Source: Desulfobacterales bacterium (lineage in GTDB: Bacteria; Desulfobacterota; Desulfobacteria; Desulfobacterales; UBA2174). Taken from it: a stretch of 64,000 bases of DNA. The position numbers were made by a program, and so were the translations under genes. A model generated the notes under the pieces. The model had not been told where the DNA came from, made no database searches, and saw only the letters and a program-made list of their open reading frames with translations. Positions 9,641 through 19,846 of the stretch are shown one piece after another; position 1 is the first letter of the stretch; each line of letters opens with the position of its first letter. Location of the stretch: positions 224,001 to 288,000 of the forward strand of contig CAXXWC010000018.1 of NCBI GenBank assembly GCA_963668645.2, given 5' to 3'.

Positions 9641-10143
9641 TATTGGATGGATTTCAATGGCAGGAATAACCTGAAACTCCCTGGACCGAAAAGGCGAAAT
9701 CCGAACTGCTCATAAAAAGCGACGACATCGTCGTTTGCGGCATCCACGACCATCGCATAGACTGCGATCTGATCTGAAACCGTTAGGGTCCGTTTGATGG
9801 CGTCGGCCAACAACATCGCCCCGATTCCCTGCCGCTGAGCGTGGAGGCTAACCGCCAGCCGTCCGATTAAAGCGGCGGGTATCGGATGACGGGGTAATTT
9901 GCGGGCCATCGATGGGGGCAACTGGCTAAGCTCGATGGCCAAAGCGCTCAATGTATAAAAACCCAAGACCGTTTTTGGATCGGTTCGGGCTGTTGCGACG
10001 AAAACGTGGCTGATGCGGCGGCGGATGTCCTGCCGGGCCTGTTTGAGTAGATACCGATCCAGCGATTCACTGCCGCACCTGAATCCGGATAGGTGATGGG
10101 CCGGATCAAGGGGCGAAATCACAAGTTCCTGCAAGGCGTTCAT
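9640..10143 (-). CDS. GNAT acetyltransferase toxin (TacT/AtaT type)
   Basis: FRCGSESLDRYL, PAALIGRLAVS, QRQGIGAMLL, FYEQFGF motifs; overlaps the DUF1778 gene by 4 nt. Confidence 0.9.
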   Translation of the reverse strand: MNALQELVISPLDPAHHLSGFRCGSESLDRYLLKQARQDIRRRISHVFVATARTDPKTVLGFYTLSALAIELSQLPPSMARKLPRHPIPAALIGRLAVSLHAQRQGIGAMLLADAIKRTLTVSDQIAVYAMVVDAANDDVVAFYEQFGFRLFGPGSFRLFLPLKSIQ

Positions 10144-10427
10144 TCTTGAACCACCCGCCGGGTATGTTCATCTATAGCTGCCGCCAGCTTTGGATTGAAG
10201 TGGACCGGTTCCGCCAGTGCTTCGAAGAAGACGCGGCTGTTTTCGGCATTCAACGCCATGATTTCGTGGGCCTGAACGGTTTGTTGGGCGCACTCCAGGG
10301 CGCTTGTCAGTATGAAATGACTCACCGATTTGCCCTCAAAGCCGGCCGCGCGTTCGATCAGATGTTTGGCGCTACGCTTGAGACGCAGATTGATCCGTTC
10401 GTTTGCATCTTGAGTACCCGGCTCCAT
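10140..10427 (-). CDS. DUF1778 RHH antitoxin (TacA/AtaR type)
   Basis: ERINLRL...LIERAA...SVSHFIL...FFEALAEP..NPKL. Confidence 0.9.
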   Translation of the reverse strand: MEPGTQDANERINLRLKRSAKHLIERAAGFEGKSVSHFILTSALECAQQTVQAHEIMALNAENSRVFFEALAEPVHFNPKLAAAIDEHTRRVVQE

Positions 10428-10469
10428 TCCATTCCCTCCTCTTGGCGGTCCTTGTTTGACCCGTGTGGA

Positions 10470-10498
10470 AATGTACGTCTAAACGGTGCCTTTGTCAA
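10470..10498 (-). promoter_or_regulatory. Sigma70 promoter of the DUF1778/GNAT TA operon
   Basis: Minus strand TTGACA-N17-TACATT. Confidence 0.6.
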
Positions 10499-10614
10499 AC
10501 TCGGTGGCGGTCGGTTCAGGTGTCATGGCAAGTCCGAATGATACCGGTACGACGATTTTTTTGACCTCGCGCGGAGACGCAGAGACGCAGAGGAACAACA
10601 AATCTTACTCCGGC

Positions 10615-10646
10615 GTTATGCCGAGAAACGACCAGGGATTTGCAGT
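10615..10646 (+). repeat. Dispersed palindromic element copy
   Basis: 28/32 identical to the reverse complement of 13682-13713. Confidence 0.7.
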
Positions 10647-10696
10647 GACGAAAGAAGGCGGGACGAAGCCATAGAAAAGCAAAAAGGTGCATTCTT

Positions 10697-13437
10697 TCAA
10701 ATCAACCGCCACACATGCACCACCGGTTTGGCCCCGTCGGCGTATAGTCCCAGAACATACAGATACCCGTTGTCGCGGTCGTAGGCTGCGGCCCCGATGC
10801 GATAGCGGCGCTGGTCCCCTTCGCCGACGTTGACCACGTCCCATTGGGGCGGGTTGAGATAAAGATGCGCGTCGATGTCCAGCGCCGCGTAGGGCTGGGG
10901 CTGCCAGGGTTCCAGTTCGCCGGCTGCCACGCGGGCCAAGTCCGCCGGGTCGAAAAGGATCAACTGGGCATCGAAGCGGGTGCTCCACCACCCGCGGTAG
11001 CTGATGCAATCTTCTTCGGCTTCGTCGCAGCAGCCGGCAAAATCTTCGGCTGGGCAGGGGGTGCCGTCGGCATTGCGGCAGGTGACATAATCGGTCACAT
11101 GGTGGTCGACGCAGGGGTGCTCGGGACCGAGGGGGTTGCGATAACCGTACCAGTATTTGCTTCCCGTGGCCTTGGTGCCGGCAAAGAGCACCGCCGTCTT
11201 GCCCGACGGGGTGGTGATCCAGGCCCCGCCCTCCCATTCGTCCGCATGCTGGTACCCGTTGAGGGCGTGCTCGGGAGGATCCATGGCGGCGACATCGCCG
11301 TAAAGCAACAGGACCGACTCGGCCAAGCGGGTGCCGGGGGCCGGCGCCGCGCCGCCGGTCAGCCAGGGACGGTAGGCGAACAGGGCCGGTCCCATCCCGC
11401 CCTGCCCCCCATCGCGCATCCTGCCGGTGGCCAGGCAGCGGCCGCCTGTGTTGGCATCGGCCCAGGCCGGCGGGATGTCGAACAGGTACCCGTTGACACT
11501 GTAAAGATTCTGGTCGCCGATGAACCAGGAGCCCTGAAAATCGGGGTGGCCAGGTCTGCGCTGATCCAGGCGTGGGAAGGGGTTTGCGGGGGCTGCAGGT
11601 GCTGGCCCCAGCAGACATGGAGTTTGGCGCCGGTCTCAACGGTGTTGAGATACTGCATGCCGACCTTGGGGATCTCGTCCATGTCGGTGAACCGTCCCTG
11701 GAGCGCGTCGTGAAAATCCTGGATAAAAGACGCTACTGGAAGGCTTTGCGGGCTGGCCGCAGTTGCCGGTATGGGGATGGAAATTTCGGCGATCTGATTG
11801 CCGTCCGGCATCTCCCCGTAGGGCAGCCGGTCGTGGCCCGTTACGAACAGGGAACCCGGCGGACCTTCGGTGCCGGCCGGATCCCCGTCCGGGTTGTAGG
11901 TCATGGCATTGCCGCCGTATTCGAAGGTCAGGGGGCGATCGCCGGCGTCCGGCAGGCGAAAGGCGCCGAGGTATTGAAAGTCGGACGGCTGGAGCAAAGC
12001 CGTCGGCTGGCGTAGCGCGGCAGTTTGCTGCATGGCGTATATGGCTTCCGGCAGTCCGATTTTCCCATCCCCGTCGATTTCCGCAGCCCCGACCGCCTGC
12101 GGCTGTTTCACGGCGGCGCATATTTTCAGCGCCAGGATGGCGTCCGCCAGGTCGACCTGGCCGTCGAGGCTGCCGTCGACATTGCCCGGGACCACGGCAG
12201 CAGATGATGCGCTGCGAAAGGTCATGTCCTCGCCCAGTGTCGTTCCCGCGCTGTTGGTGGCAACGATGCGGTAATGATACGGATTGTCGGCGTTCAGCCC
12301 CGTGATGGCGGCATTCACCGCCAGATCGGTGCTGCCCGAACCCGCGCCGGACGCTGCGCTCTGGCTGCCGTAGGCGTCGGTTGGGCCGTATGAGAAGTAA
12401 AAAGTGGTCTCGGCGCCACGGGGATTGACCACGCCGTTCAGGACGGCGCTGTCAGACGTTACGGCACTGGCGGCGCCGGTGGTCGCGGTGGGCTTGGACA
12501 CCGCTGCGGTGCCGTTCGTAAAGGTGTTGTAGTAGAAGTTCAAAAGCGGGATGAACTCTGCGGTCGCTTTCTGGTGGCCGGCCGTGCTAGGGTGGCTGTC
12601 CCAGGCGTCGTTCGGATAATAGGCGAAATCCTCCGACTCGGGGCTGGTGACATGTTCCACCGTCCCGCCCACCACGCGGTGGTGGTTGTCCGGGTGGGTC
12701 AGTACGTTGAAATAGTCGAATACGGCGATGTTGGGGTGCGGATAGCCTGCCAGCCATTCGTGAACCAGCCAGTTGTTGAAGGCCCGGGCATTGGCGGCTC
12801 TATGAGCGGGTATCTGATAATCGGCGCTATAGTCGTTTTCGAGCTGGGGCGGCGCCGTGACGGCGACGAAAAGTTTTTCCGGGTGGGCGGTAAAGTAGAT
12901 CAGCAGGTCGTTGTAGACCGCCTTGGCATTGGCCACGGTGAACTGGTCGCCGGGCTGGGCGGCCGGCGGATCGTCGGGTTCGCCGAACAGATCGGAGTTG
13001 GGAAAGCAGGATTTGAAAAGGACGACGGTGTTCTCGCCTCCCGGATCGGCAGCCAGACGGGGCCAGGCGCCGAAGTCGCCCGTGTTCTGTCCGGTTTCAC
13101 CGTAAAGGGCCGCTAAGACGGCAGCGCTGTTCTGGCCGGTGAACCATTCCGGCCAGTTGGGGATGTCGGTGCGGTCACCGATTCCGTTCGGTCCCCAGCC
13201 GTAATTGGTGGCGCTGACATAATAGTTATTGGCCATCAGGGCCGCTCCCAGATCGCCGTAAGGCTGGTCTTCATTGGGTGCCGCCAGCCAGTTGCCACCG
13301 GTGGAGTGGTGGATGAAGACCAGTTTGACTGGCGAGGTCGCAGGGGTGGTGCCGGCGCTCAAAGAGGGCGATGGGGTTAGAAGGAGCACCGGCAGCAGGG
13401 CTAAAATCAGCGACACCTTGGCGCGCAGACGGTCCAT
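10697..13437 (-). pseudogene. Secreted multidomain protein (SGNH-like hydrolase, FN3-like, dockerin-like, C-terminal beta-rich domain) split by one frameshift; may be a sequencing error
   Basis: ORFs 11359..13437 and 10697..11419 join if one base is added to the G4 run at 11543-11546 (ATPDFQGSWFIGDQNLYSVNGYLFDIP...MRDGG). Dockerin-like GNVDGSLDGQVDLADAILAL...EIDGDGKIGLPEAIYAMQ; WDSHP motif. Confidence 0.75.
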
Positions 13438-13680
13438 CGGCGGTCCCCTTTCTGTTATGGAATCGGCGGCTTCTTAATTTTTTTCTTTTCGGATTTAAAT
13501 TTTGTATCGACCTCTGACCCGAGTGTCAACAGCCGGCAAGGCCCGTTGTGACCGTTGCATATTGCACCATCGGTTTGAATATGCATGCTTGTAAAGGGTT
13601 GATACACGGCCCCGTCAACGTTTTGTGATGGCTTTATCAAGATGGATTCCTTTCTGTTTGGGGGGGGCACCTGTGTGCCT

Positions 13681-13743
13681 AACTGCAGATCCCTCGTCGT
13701 TTCTCGGGATGACACGGAAGGGGATGGGCCTGCTCGGGATGAC
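13681..13743 (-). repeat. Dispersed palindromic element copy with a partial second unit
   Basis: Reverse complement GTCATCCCGAGAAACGACGAGGGATCTGCAGTT; CTCGGGATGAC repeated at 13733. Confidence 0.7.
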
Positions 13744-13779
13744 GCGGGATGGGTCCTGAGCATTAATAGCGAATCGGTA

Positions 13780-14067
13780 TTACAGCACCCGGGGCCATTT
13801 CCTGGCCCCGTGCAGTACGCGCAGGATATGAACCTCTTTGTCTATGCATCGGTACGGTACGATAAACGGGGTGTCGGCGACGACCAGTTCGCGGGTCCCG
13901 GGAATACGACCGGGACGGCCCATGGCGGGCTGCTCTGCCAGGCATTGGACGGCCTGCCAGATTTTGGCGGCTATTGAAATGGCGCTTTCCGGCCGATCCC
14001 TGGCGATGAAGGCCATCAGCTCGTCCAGATCGGCCAGGGCCAGGTGGAGCCACCTAATCTTGTTCAC
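13780..14067 (-). CDS. RelE/ParE family toxin
   Basis: GTG start at 14067. IRWLHLALADL...PAMGRPGRIPGTRELVV...ILRVLHGARKWP. Confidence 0.9.
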   Translation of the reverse strand: MNKIRWLHLALADLDELMAFIARDRPESAISIAAKIWQAVQCLAEQPAMGRPGRIPGTRELVVADTPFIVPYRCIDKEVHILRVLHGARKWPRVL

Positions 14068-14305
14068 CGGAAACGCCCCATTTGGTAAAAACGGATATGA
14101 CTTGAGCATCCGAAGCGAAACGGCCGGCATCGGCCTCCTGGATGCCCTGTTCGATGGCCTCGATCTGCCAGGTATGCGCATCCACAAAGGCACGGATGGC
14201 TTCGGCCACAAGGAAGGATTTCGACCGGACAGTGGCTTTGGCCAGTTGCCCGAGTTTGGCATTGGTTTCCGCATCGAGGCGGGCGGTTACCGTGGTGGTG
14301 TGCAT
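14054..14305 (-). CDS. CopG/RHH antitoxin
   Basis: TVTARLD...LAKATVRSKSFLVAEAI...WQIEAIEQGIQEADAG; overlaps the toxin gene. Confidence 0.88.
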   Translation of the reverse strand: MHTTTVTARLDAETNAKLGQLAKATVRSKSFLVAEAIRAFVDAHTWQIEAIEQGIQEADAGRFASDAQVISVFTKWGVSGEQD

Positions 14306-14504
14306 GGTGAACTCCAGGGGATGTTTGGATGTGAAGAATTTGTGTACAAATTATTAACACGTGTTTGCTGCCCAGGCAAGGAGCGCAATACGTGATCATT
14401 ATTTGTGGCAGCCAGCCATGGACGTAATTTATTCAATTTTTCTATGGACAACGGCGGATATCTCCTCGTTGACGCTCGCCGCAATGACAGAAAGGAAGAT
14501 ATAG

Positions 14505-16214
14505 ATGCAACTCGAATCTCTGATTCAAGCGGCCCGGGGAAAGATCCCCTGCGATCTGCTGCTGACCGGTGCCAGAATCATCAATGTCTTCAACGGCCGA
14601 ATTTTTTCCGGCAGCATCGCCGTTCACGGCGGGGCCATCGCGGCCCTGGACGCGCGGCCGGCCCGCAAGGTGGTGGACCTGGAAGGCCGCTGGGTGGCTC
14701 CGGGTTTTATCGACGCCCATGTGCACCTCGAAAGCGCCATGACCGTGCCGGTCCAGTTCGCCCGGGCCGTGCTGCCCCGGGGCACGACCACGGTGGTGGC
14801 CGATCCCCATGAGATCGCCAACGTCCTGGGAACCGCGGGGATCGACTATATCCTGGCCGCCAGTGATGGGCTGCCCCTGCAATGTTTTTTTGCTCTGTCG
14901 TCCTGCGTGCCGGCCACCGGCCTGGAGACCGCCGGTGCGCGGCTCGGGCCCGCCGAGCTGGCACCGTACTGGTCCCATCCGCGCATCGCGGCCCTGGCCG
15001 AGATGATGGATTTTCCCGGAGTCCTGGCGGCCGACGGGGAGGTGCTGGCCAAGATCGCGGCCGCCGAGTCGCGCGGCAAACCGGTGGACGGGCACGCTCC
15101 GGGTCTTGGCGGGCCGGGGCTAGCGGCTTACGTGGCGGCCGGGATCGGCAGCGACCACGAGTGCACCCGGGCCGACGAAGCCCGTGAAAAGCTGGCCGCC
15201 GGGATGCGCATCATGATCCGCGAGGGGACCGGGGCCAAGAACCTCGACGACCTGCTGCCCATCGTGAGCGATGTCAACTGGCACCGGATCATGTGGTGCA
15301 CGGACGACCGCCATCCCCACGACCTGATCACCGAAGGGCACATCGACGCCATGGTGCGCCGGGCCGTGGCCGCGGGCCAGGATCCGGTGCGTGCCATTCA
15401 GATGGCGACCCTCACGGCGGCCGAGTATTTTGGCCTGCGCCGCTGTGGGGCACTGGCTCCAGGCCGCCGGGCCGACCTGGTGGTGATAGACGATCTGGAC
15501 ACGATCCGCATCGATTCGGTCTGGGCCGGAGGGCGGCAGGTATCGGCCGGAAATGAGATGATCCTGGCCGATGGGCAAACGGCCGGCCCGGCAGCCCCCA
15601 CAGTCATGCGTCTGGACCCTGCCGCCCTGGGCCTGGCCGTGCCGGCGGCCGGAGAACAAATTCGGGTCATCGAGCTGGTGCCCGGCCAGATCCTCACCGG
15701 TAACGGCCGGGCCAGGGCGTGCATCCGGGCAGGCCTTGCCACGGCCGATCCGGCCCGGGATCTGCTCAAACTGATAGTTGTGGATCGTTACAGCGGCCGC
15801 GGGCGGACAGGGATCGGGTTCGTGCGCGGCTTCGGTATGGATCGGGGCGCCCTGGCTTCCAGCGTGGCCCACGATTCACACAATATCATCGCCGTGGGGG
15901 GCGACGATGCTGACTTGAAGGCCGCGGTGGCTGGTGTGGTCGAAATGGGCGGCGGATTGACCGCTGCGGCCGGCGGCCGGATCCGGGCAAAACTTCCCCT
16001 TCCGGTGGCCGGGCTGATGAGCCTGGAGCCGGTGGATGCGGTGCGCCGGGGCCTGGATCGGCTCAACACGGTCTACCGGGAACTGGGCGGGCGGCTGAGC
16101 GATCCTTTCATGACGCTGTCCTTTCTGGCCCTACCGGTGATCCCGGAACTCAAACTCACCGACCAGGGGCTGGTGGACGTGAACCGCTTTACATTCGTCC
16201 CGCTCTTTGTCTGA
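14505..16214 (+). CDS. ade: Adenine deaminase
   Basis: PGFIDAHVHLES, DPHEIANV, SDHEC, CTDDRH and SSVAHDSHN motifs. Confidence 0.95.
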   Translation: MQLESLIQAARGKIPCDLLLTGARIINVFNGRIFSGSIAVHGGAIAALDARPARKVVDLEGRWVAPGFIDAHVHLESAMTVPVQFARAVLPRGTTTVVADPHEIANVLGTAGIDYILAASDGLPLQCFFALSSCVPATGLETAGARLGPAELAPYWSHPRIAALAEMMDFPGVLAADGEVLAKIAAAESRGKPVDGHAPGLGGPGLAAYVAAGIGSDHECTRADEAREKLAAGMRIMIREGTGAKNLDDLLPIVSDVNWHRIMWCTDDRHPHDLITEGHIDAMVRRAVAAGQDPVRAIQMATLTAAEYFGLRRCGALAPGRRADLVVIDDLDTIRIDSVWAGGRQVSAGNEMILADGQTAGPAAPTVMRLDPAALGLAVPAAGEQIRVIELVPGQILTGNGRARACIRAGLATADPARDLLKLIVVDRYSGRGRTGIGFVRGFGMDRGALASSVAHDSHNIIAVGGDDADLKAAVAGVVEMGGGLTAAAGGRIRAKLPLPVAGLMSLEPVDAVRRGLDRLNTVYRELGGRLSDPFMTLSFLALPVIPELKLTDQGLVDVNRFTFVPLFV

Positions 16215-16231
16215 ATTTTCCGATGCCAGGG

Positions 16232-16591
16232 TCAGAGGCTGATCACGGCGGCGTCACAGGCCAAGTGGATCAGTTCCGAGGCCGCTCCGAAGCGGGCGCC
16301 TTCGATCAGGTCCGACTCGGCGATGCGCCGGGCCTTGGCACACGGGGTACAGACGATGATGGGCACTTCGTGGGCCTGGAGGTAGGCAATCATGTCGTCG
16401 GCGATGTCGCCGGTGGCTGCGCGCAGGTTGTCCGCCAGACCTTCTCTGGCCAGGTAGACCGCCTCGTCGAGCAGGAATACGGAGACCTTTTTGCCCTCCT
16501 TGTGGGCTACGGTGGCCAGGTGGAAGGCGCGGGTGGCGCGATTGGGATTGTTGGTGCCGCAGCTCAGGGCGATAACGACGTTGTCGGTCAT
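16232..16591 (-). CDS. DsrE/DsrF-like family protein
   Basis: VSVFLLDEAVYL and VCTPCAKAR motifs. Confidence 0.8.
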   Translation of the reverse strand: MTDNVVIALSCGTNNPNRATRAFHLATVAHKEGKKVSVFLLDEAVYLAREGLADNLRAATGDIADDMIAYLQAHEVPIIVCTPCAKARRIAESDLIEGARFGAASELIHLACDAAVISL

Positions 16592-16761
16592 GAGAGTGCC
16601 TCCCTTGGGTGATGGGTGGTGGTGAATCTGAAATTCAATCGCCGAACGATAAGTCTACCTGCAAAGCCGGGTGTTGCGCAATATCGGGTTTGACAGTCGG
16701 TTCCAGTTGTGCTTTCTGAAAGGCCGCTTTTATTTATCCATCCCTGCCAGAGGAAAACCCC

Positions 16762-17859
16762 ATGCCCGATGCAACTCATCCGACCCGCCCCATCTGGTTT
16801 AATGCAGAGACCGCAACGGTTCAGGTTATCGACCAGCGCCGACTGCCCCACCGCCTGGTGGTGATGGACCTGCCCAGCGTTGATACGGTCATCTACGCCA
16901 TCGCGGAAATGGTGGTGCGCGGCGCCCCCCTGATCGGGGTCACGGCAGCCTACGGGGTTTATGTGGCCTGCGCCGTGGCCGACGATATCGACGATTCCCG
17001 GCTCAAGACCGAGGCGGCCCGCATCAAGGCGGCCCGCCCCACCGCCGTCAATCTGGCCTGGGCCGTGGACCGGGTCCTGGAACAGCTGCTGGCCACGCCG
17101 CCGGCCGAGCGCCGGACCCGGGCACTGGCCATTGCCGGGGAGATCGCCGAAGAAGAAGCCTCCAACTGCCGCCGGATCGGTCTTCACGGTCTTCCCGTGA
17201 TCCGGAAAATCGCCGAGACAAAAAACGGCGCACCGGTCAACATCCTGACCCACTGCAACGCGGGCTGGCTGGCCTGCGTCGAATACGGTACGGCTACGGC
17301 CCCGGTCTATGCCGCGGCCGAGGCAGGCATTGCGGTGCATGTATGGGTGGATGAGACCCGTCCGCTGAACCAGGGCGCACGCCTGACAGCCTGGGAGCTG
17401 GAGCGGCGCGGCGTCCCCCACACGGTGATCGTCGACAACGCCGGGGGCCACCTCATGCAGCACGGCCGGGTCGATCTGGTGATCGTGGGTACGGACCGGA
17501 CCACCGCCACCGGGGACGTGGCCAACAAGATCGGCACTTATCTGAAGGCCCTGGCGGCCCGGGACAACGAGGTTCCCTTTTACGTGGCCCTGCCCTCGAG
17601 CACTTTCGACTGGGATTTGAGCGATGGCATCGCCCAGATCCCCATCGAGGACCGCGATCCGGACGAGGTGCGTTTTGTCCAGGGGCTAGCCGAGAACCGG
17701 GTGGTGCAGGTGCTGGTGCCCCCGGCCCAAAGTCCGGCGCTCAACCCGGCCTTCGACGTCACACCCGCCCGGCTGGTGACCGGTTTTATCACCGAGCGCG
17801 GGATCTGCGGAGCCACGGCCGGGGAGATCCGGCAACTGTTCCCGGAAATAGGGGCCTGA
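16762..17859 (+). CDS. mtnA: S-methyl-5-thioribose-1-phosphate isomerase
   Basis: MVVRGAPLIG, ARPTAVNL, LTHCNAGWLA, DETRP, ANKIGTY, NPAFDVTP. Confidence 0.95.
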   Translation: MPDATHPTRPIWFNAETATVQVIDQRRLPHRLVVMDLPSVDTVIYAIAEMVVRGAPLIGVTAAYGVYVACAVADDIDDSRLKTEAARIKAARPTAVNLAWAVDRVLEQLLATPPAERRTRALAIAGEIAEEEASNCRRIGLHGLPVIRKIAETKNGAPVNILTHCNAGWLACVEYGTATAPVYAAAEAGIAVHVWVDETRPLNQGARLTAWELERRGVPHTVIVDNAGGHLMQHGRVDLVIVGTDRTTATGDVANKIGTYLKALAARDNEVPFYVALPSSTFDWDLSDGIAQIPIEDRDPDEVRFVQGLAENRVVQVLVPPAQSPALNPAFDVTPARLVTGFITERGICGATAGEIRQLFPEIGA

Positions 17860-17910
17860 AATCGGCGGGAACTTGATTTTCAAATCCGTTTACCGTTTAA
17901 TGGCCAGACC

Positions 17911-18384
17911 ATGCTGAGCGAACTTGAAAAACGGGTCATCGCCTCGATCCAGGGAGATCTGCCGGTCACCGAACGGCCTTACCTGGAAATCGCCGAACGC
18001 CTGGGTATCACGGAGGCGAGACTGATCGAGGTGCTTCATGCACTTTGCCACCGGGGGGTGATTCGCCGCTTCGGGGCGACGTTGAGGCACCAGAAGTCCG
18101 GTTTTGCCGCCAACGCCATGGGTGCCTGGAAGGTGCCCGAGTTGCGGGTGGAAGAGGTGGGTGCTTGCATGGCCGACTCGCCTCATGTCTCCCACTGCTA
18201 CCGGCGTGATCCGGGCGATGGCTGGCCTTACAACCTGTACACCATGATCCACGGGACGGACCGATCCGGCGTGGAGGCCGTCGCCGCCGATCTTTCCAGC
18301 CAGACCGGGATCGCGGAGTACCGCCTGCTCTTCAGTCGCCACGAGCTGAAAAAGACATCCATGCGTTACTTTTCCGAATCTTGA
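17911..18384 (+). CDS. ahbB: Siroheme decarboxylase beta subunit (Lrp/AsnC-like, AhbB/NirH)
   Basis: QGDLPVTERPY, IRRFGATLRHQKSGF, VSHCYRR, WPYNLYTMIHG, ELKKTSMRYF. Confidence 0.85.
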   Translation: MLSELEKRVIASIQGDLPVTERPYLEIAERLGITEARLIEVLHALCHRGVIRRFGATLRHQKSGFAANAMGAWKVPELRVEEVGACMADSPHVSHCYRRDPGDGWPYNLYTMIHGTDRSGVEAVAADLSSQTGIAEYRLLFSRHELKKTSMRYFSES

Positions 18385-19724
18385 GACCGGCTCCCGCCCA
18401 CATCCTGCTCGTCAATCCCTGGATCCACGATTTTGCCGCCTACGACTTCTGGGCCCGGCCTTACGGCCTGCTGCTGCTGGCGGCCATCTTGCGCCTTCAC
18501 GATTTTCGCGTTACCTACCTCGATTGCCTGGACCGTTTTCATCCACGCGCCGCAAACCGAACCGGGCCTTTGCGCCACGGCCGGGGGCCGTACCTCAAGA
18601 CTCCCATCGCCAAGCCGGCAGGTCTGGCCGACGTCCCACGCACTTTTTCACGCTATGGGATTCCGGTGGAATGGTTGCGCTGCGACCTGGAGGGTGTTGA
18701 ACGGCCGGACCTGATTCTGGTTACCGGGTTGATGACTTATTGGGCCTCCGGGGTAGCCGAAACCATCGCCGAGCTGCGCCGGGCCTTTCCAAAGACACCC
18801 ATCGTCCTGGGCGGGGTCTATGCCACCCTGTGCCCGGATCACGCACGGCAATTTTCAGGCGCCGACCGGGTGGTGACCGGCCCCGGGGAAAAGACCGTGC
18901 TCGAACTGGCGGCCGAGGTCACCGGGTACCGGCCCGAGCTGCGCTTTAACCCGGAGGATCTGGATACCCATCCTTTTCCGGCTCTCGACCTGCAGCGCCG
19001 GATTCCCTTCATGCCCCTGCTTACGGTGCGCGGGTGCCCGTACCGCTGTGCCTACTGCGCCTCTTCGCGGCTGGCCCCGCTGCGCCGGCGCCAATCCGTG
19101 GCCCGGGTCCTGGCCGAGATCGAGCATTGGCACGGCCGCTGCGGGGTGCGCGATTTCGCCTTTTACGACGACGCGTTGCTGGTGGACCCCGATGTGCATG
19201 CCCGGCCGCTTTTCGAGGCCATCGCCGCTGCCGGTCTGGGCCTTCACCTGCACACGCCCAACGCCCTGCATATCCGATGCATCGATGCGCCGCTGGCCCG
19301 GGTAATGCGGCGTGCCGGGATGCAGACGGTGCGCCTGGGCCTGGAGACCACCGATTTCGAAGGCCGCCGGGGCCTGGATGCCAAGGTGACGGCCGAGGAG
19401 TTCCGGCAGGCTGCGGCTTATCTAAGGGAGGCGGGATTTTCAGCCGGCCAGCTCGGGGCCTATCTGCTGGTGGGGCTTCCCGGCCAGTCCATGGCTGCCG
19501 TGGAAGCGGCCGTGCGCACGGTCCGTGAGGCCGGGATCACCCCGATTCCCGCCTATTACAGCCCCATCCCAGGCACGGCCCTGTGGCCCGCTGCGCGGGC
19601 CGCTTCGCGCTACGACCTGGAGGCCGATCCGGTGTTTACCAACAACGCCGTCTGGCCCTGCAGCCCGAAGGGATTCGACTGGCAGACCCTGACCCGGATC
19701 AAGCGGCTCTGCGTAAAAGGATAG
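18381..19724 (+). CDS. B12-binding-domain radical SAM protein
   Basis: RGCPYRCAYC (CxxxCxxC), N-terminal B12-binding-like domain, FYDDALL. TTG start overlaps the ahbB stop. Confidence 0.85.
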   Translation: MRPAPAHILLVNPWIHDFAAYDFWARPYGLLLLAAILRLHDFRVTYLDCLDRFHPRAANRTGPLRHGRGPYLKTPIAKPAGLADVPRTFSRYGIPVEWLRCDLEGVERPDLILVTGLMTYWASGVAETIAELRRAFPKTPIVLGGVYATLCPDHARQFSGADRVVTGPGEKTVLELAAEVTGYRPELRFNPEDLDTHPFPALDLQRRIPFMPLLTVRGCPYRCAYCASSRLAPLRRRQSVARVLAEIEHWHGRCGVRDFAFYDDALLVDPDVHARPLFEAIAAAGLGLHLHTPNALHIRCIDAPLARVMRRAGMQTVRLGLETTDFEGRRGLDAKVTAEEFRQAAAYLREAGFSAGQLGAYLLVGLPGQSMAAVEAAVRTVREAGITPIPAYYSPIPGTALWPAARAASRYDLEADPVFTNNAVWPCSPKGFDWQTLTRIKRLCVKG

Positions 19725-19762
19725 GGTCTCGCGCCGAGACGCGGGGCACATCCTTTTAAGGC

Positions 19763-19846
19763 GTCATTCCGAGGAGCTTGCGACGAGAATCTGCAGTTGG
19801 GCAAAGCGTCGGGAAAACAGCGTCAATCAGGATGAGATCCCTCGCT
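19763..19846 (+). repeat. Dispersed palindromic element copy
   Basis: GTCATTCCGAGGAGCTTGCGACGAGAATCTGCAGTT...GAGATCCCTCGCT. Confidence 0.7.

Noticed and set aside
16232..16591. Selenocysteine in the DsrE-like protein
   Set aside because: The CxxC is encoded by ordinary Cys codons and there is no in-frame TGA.
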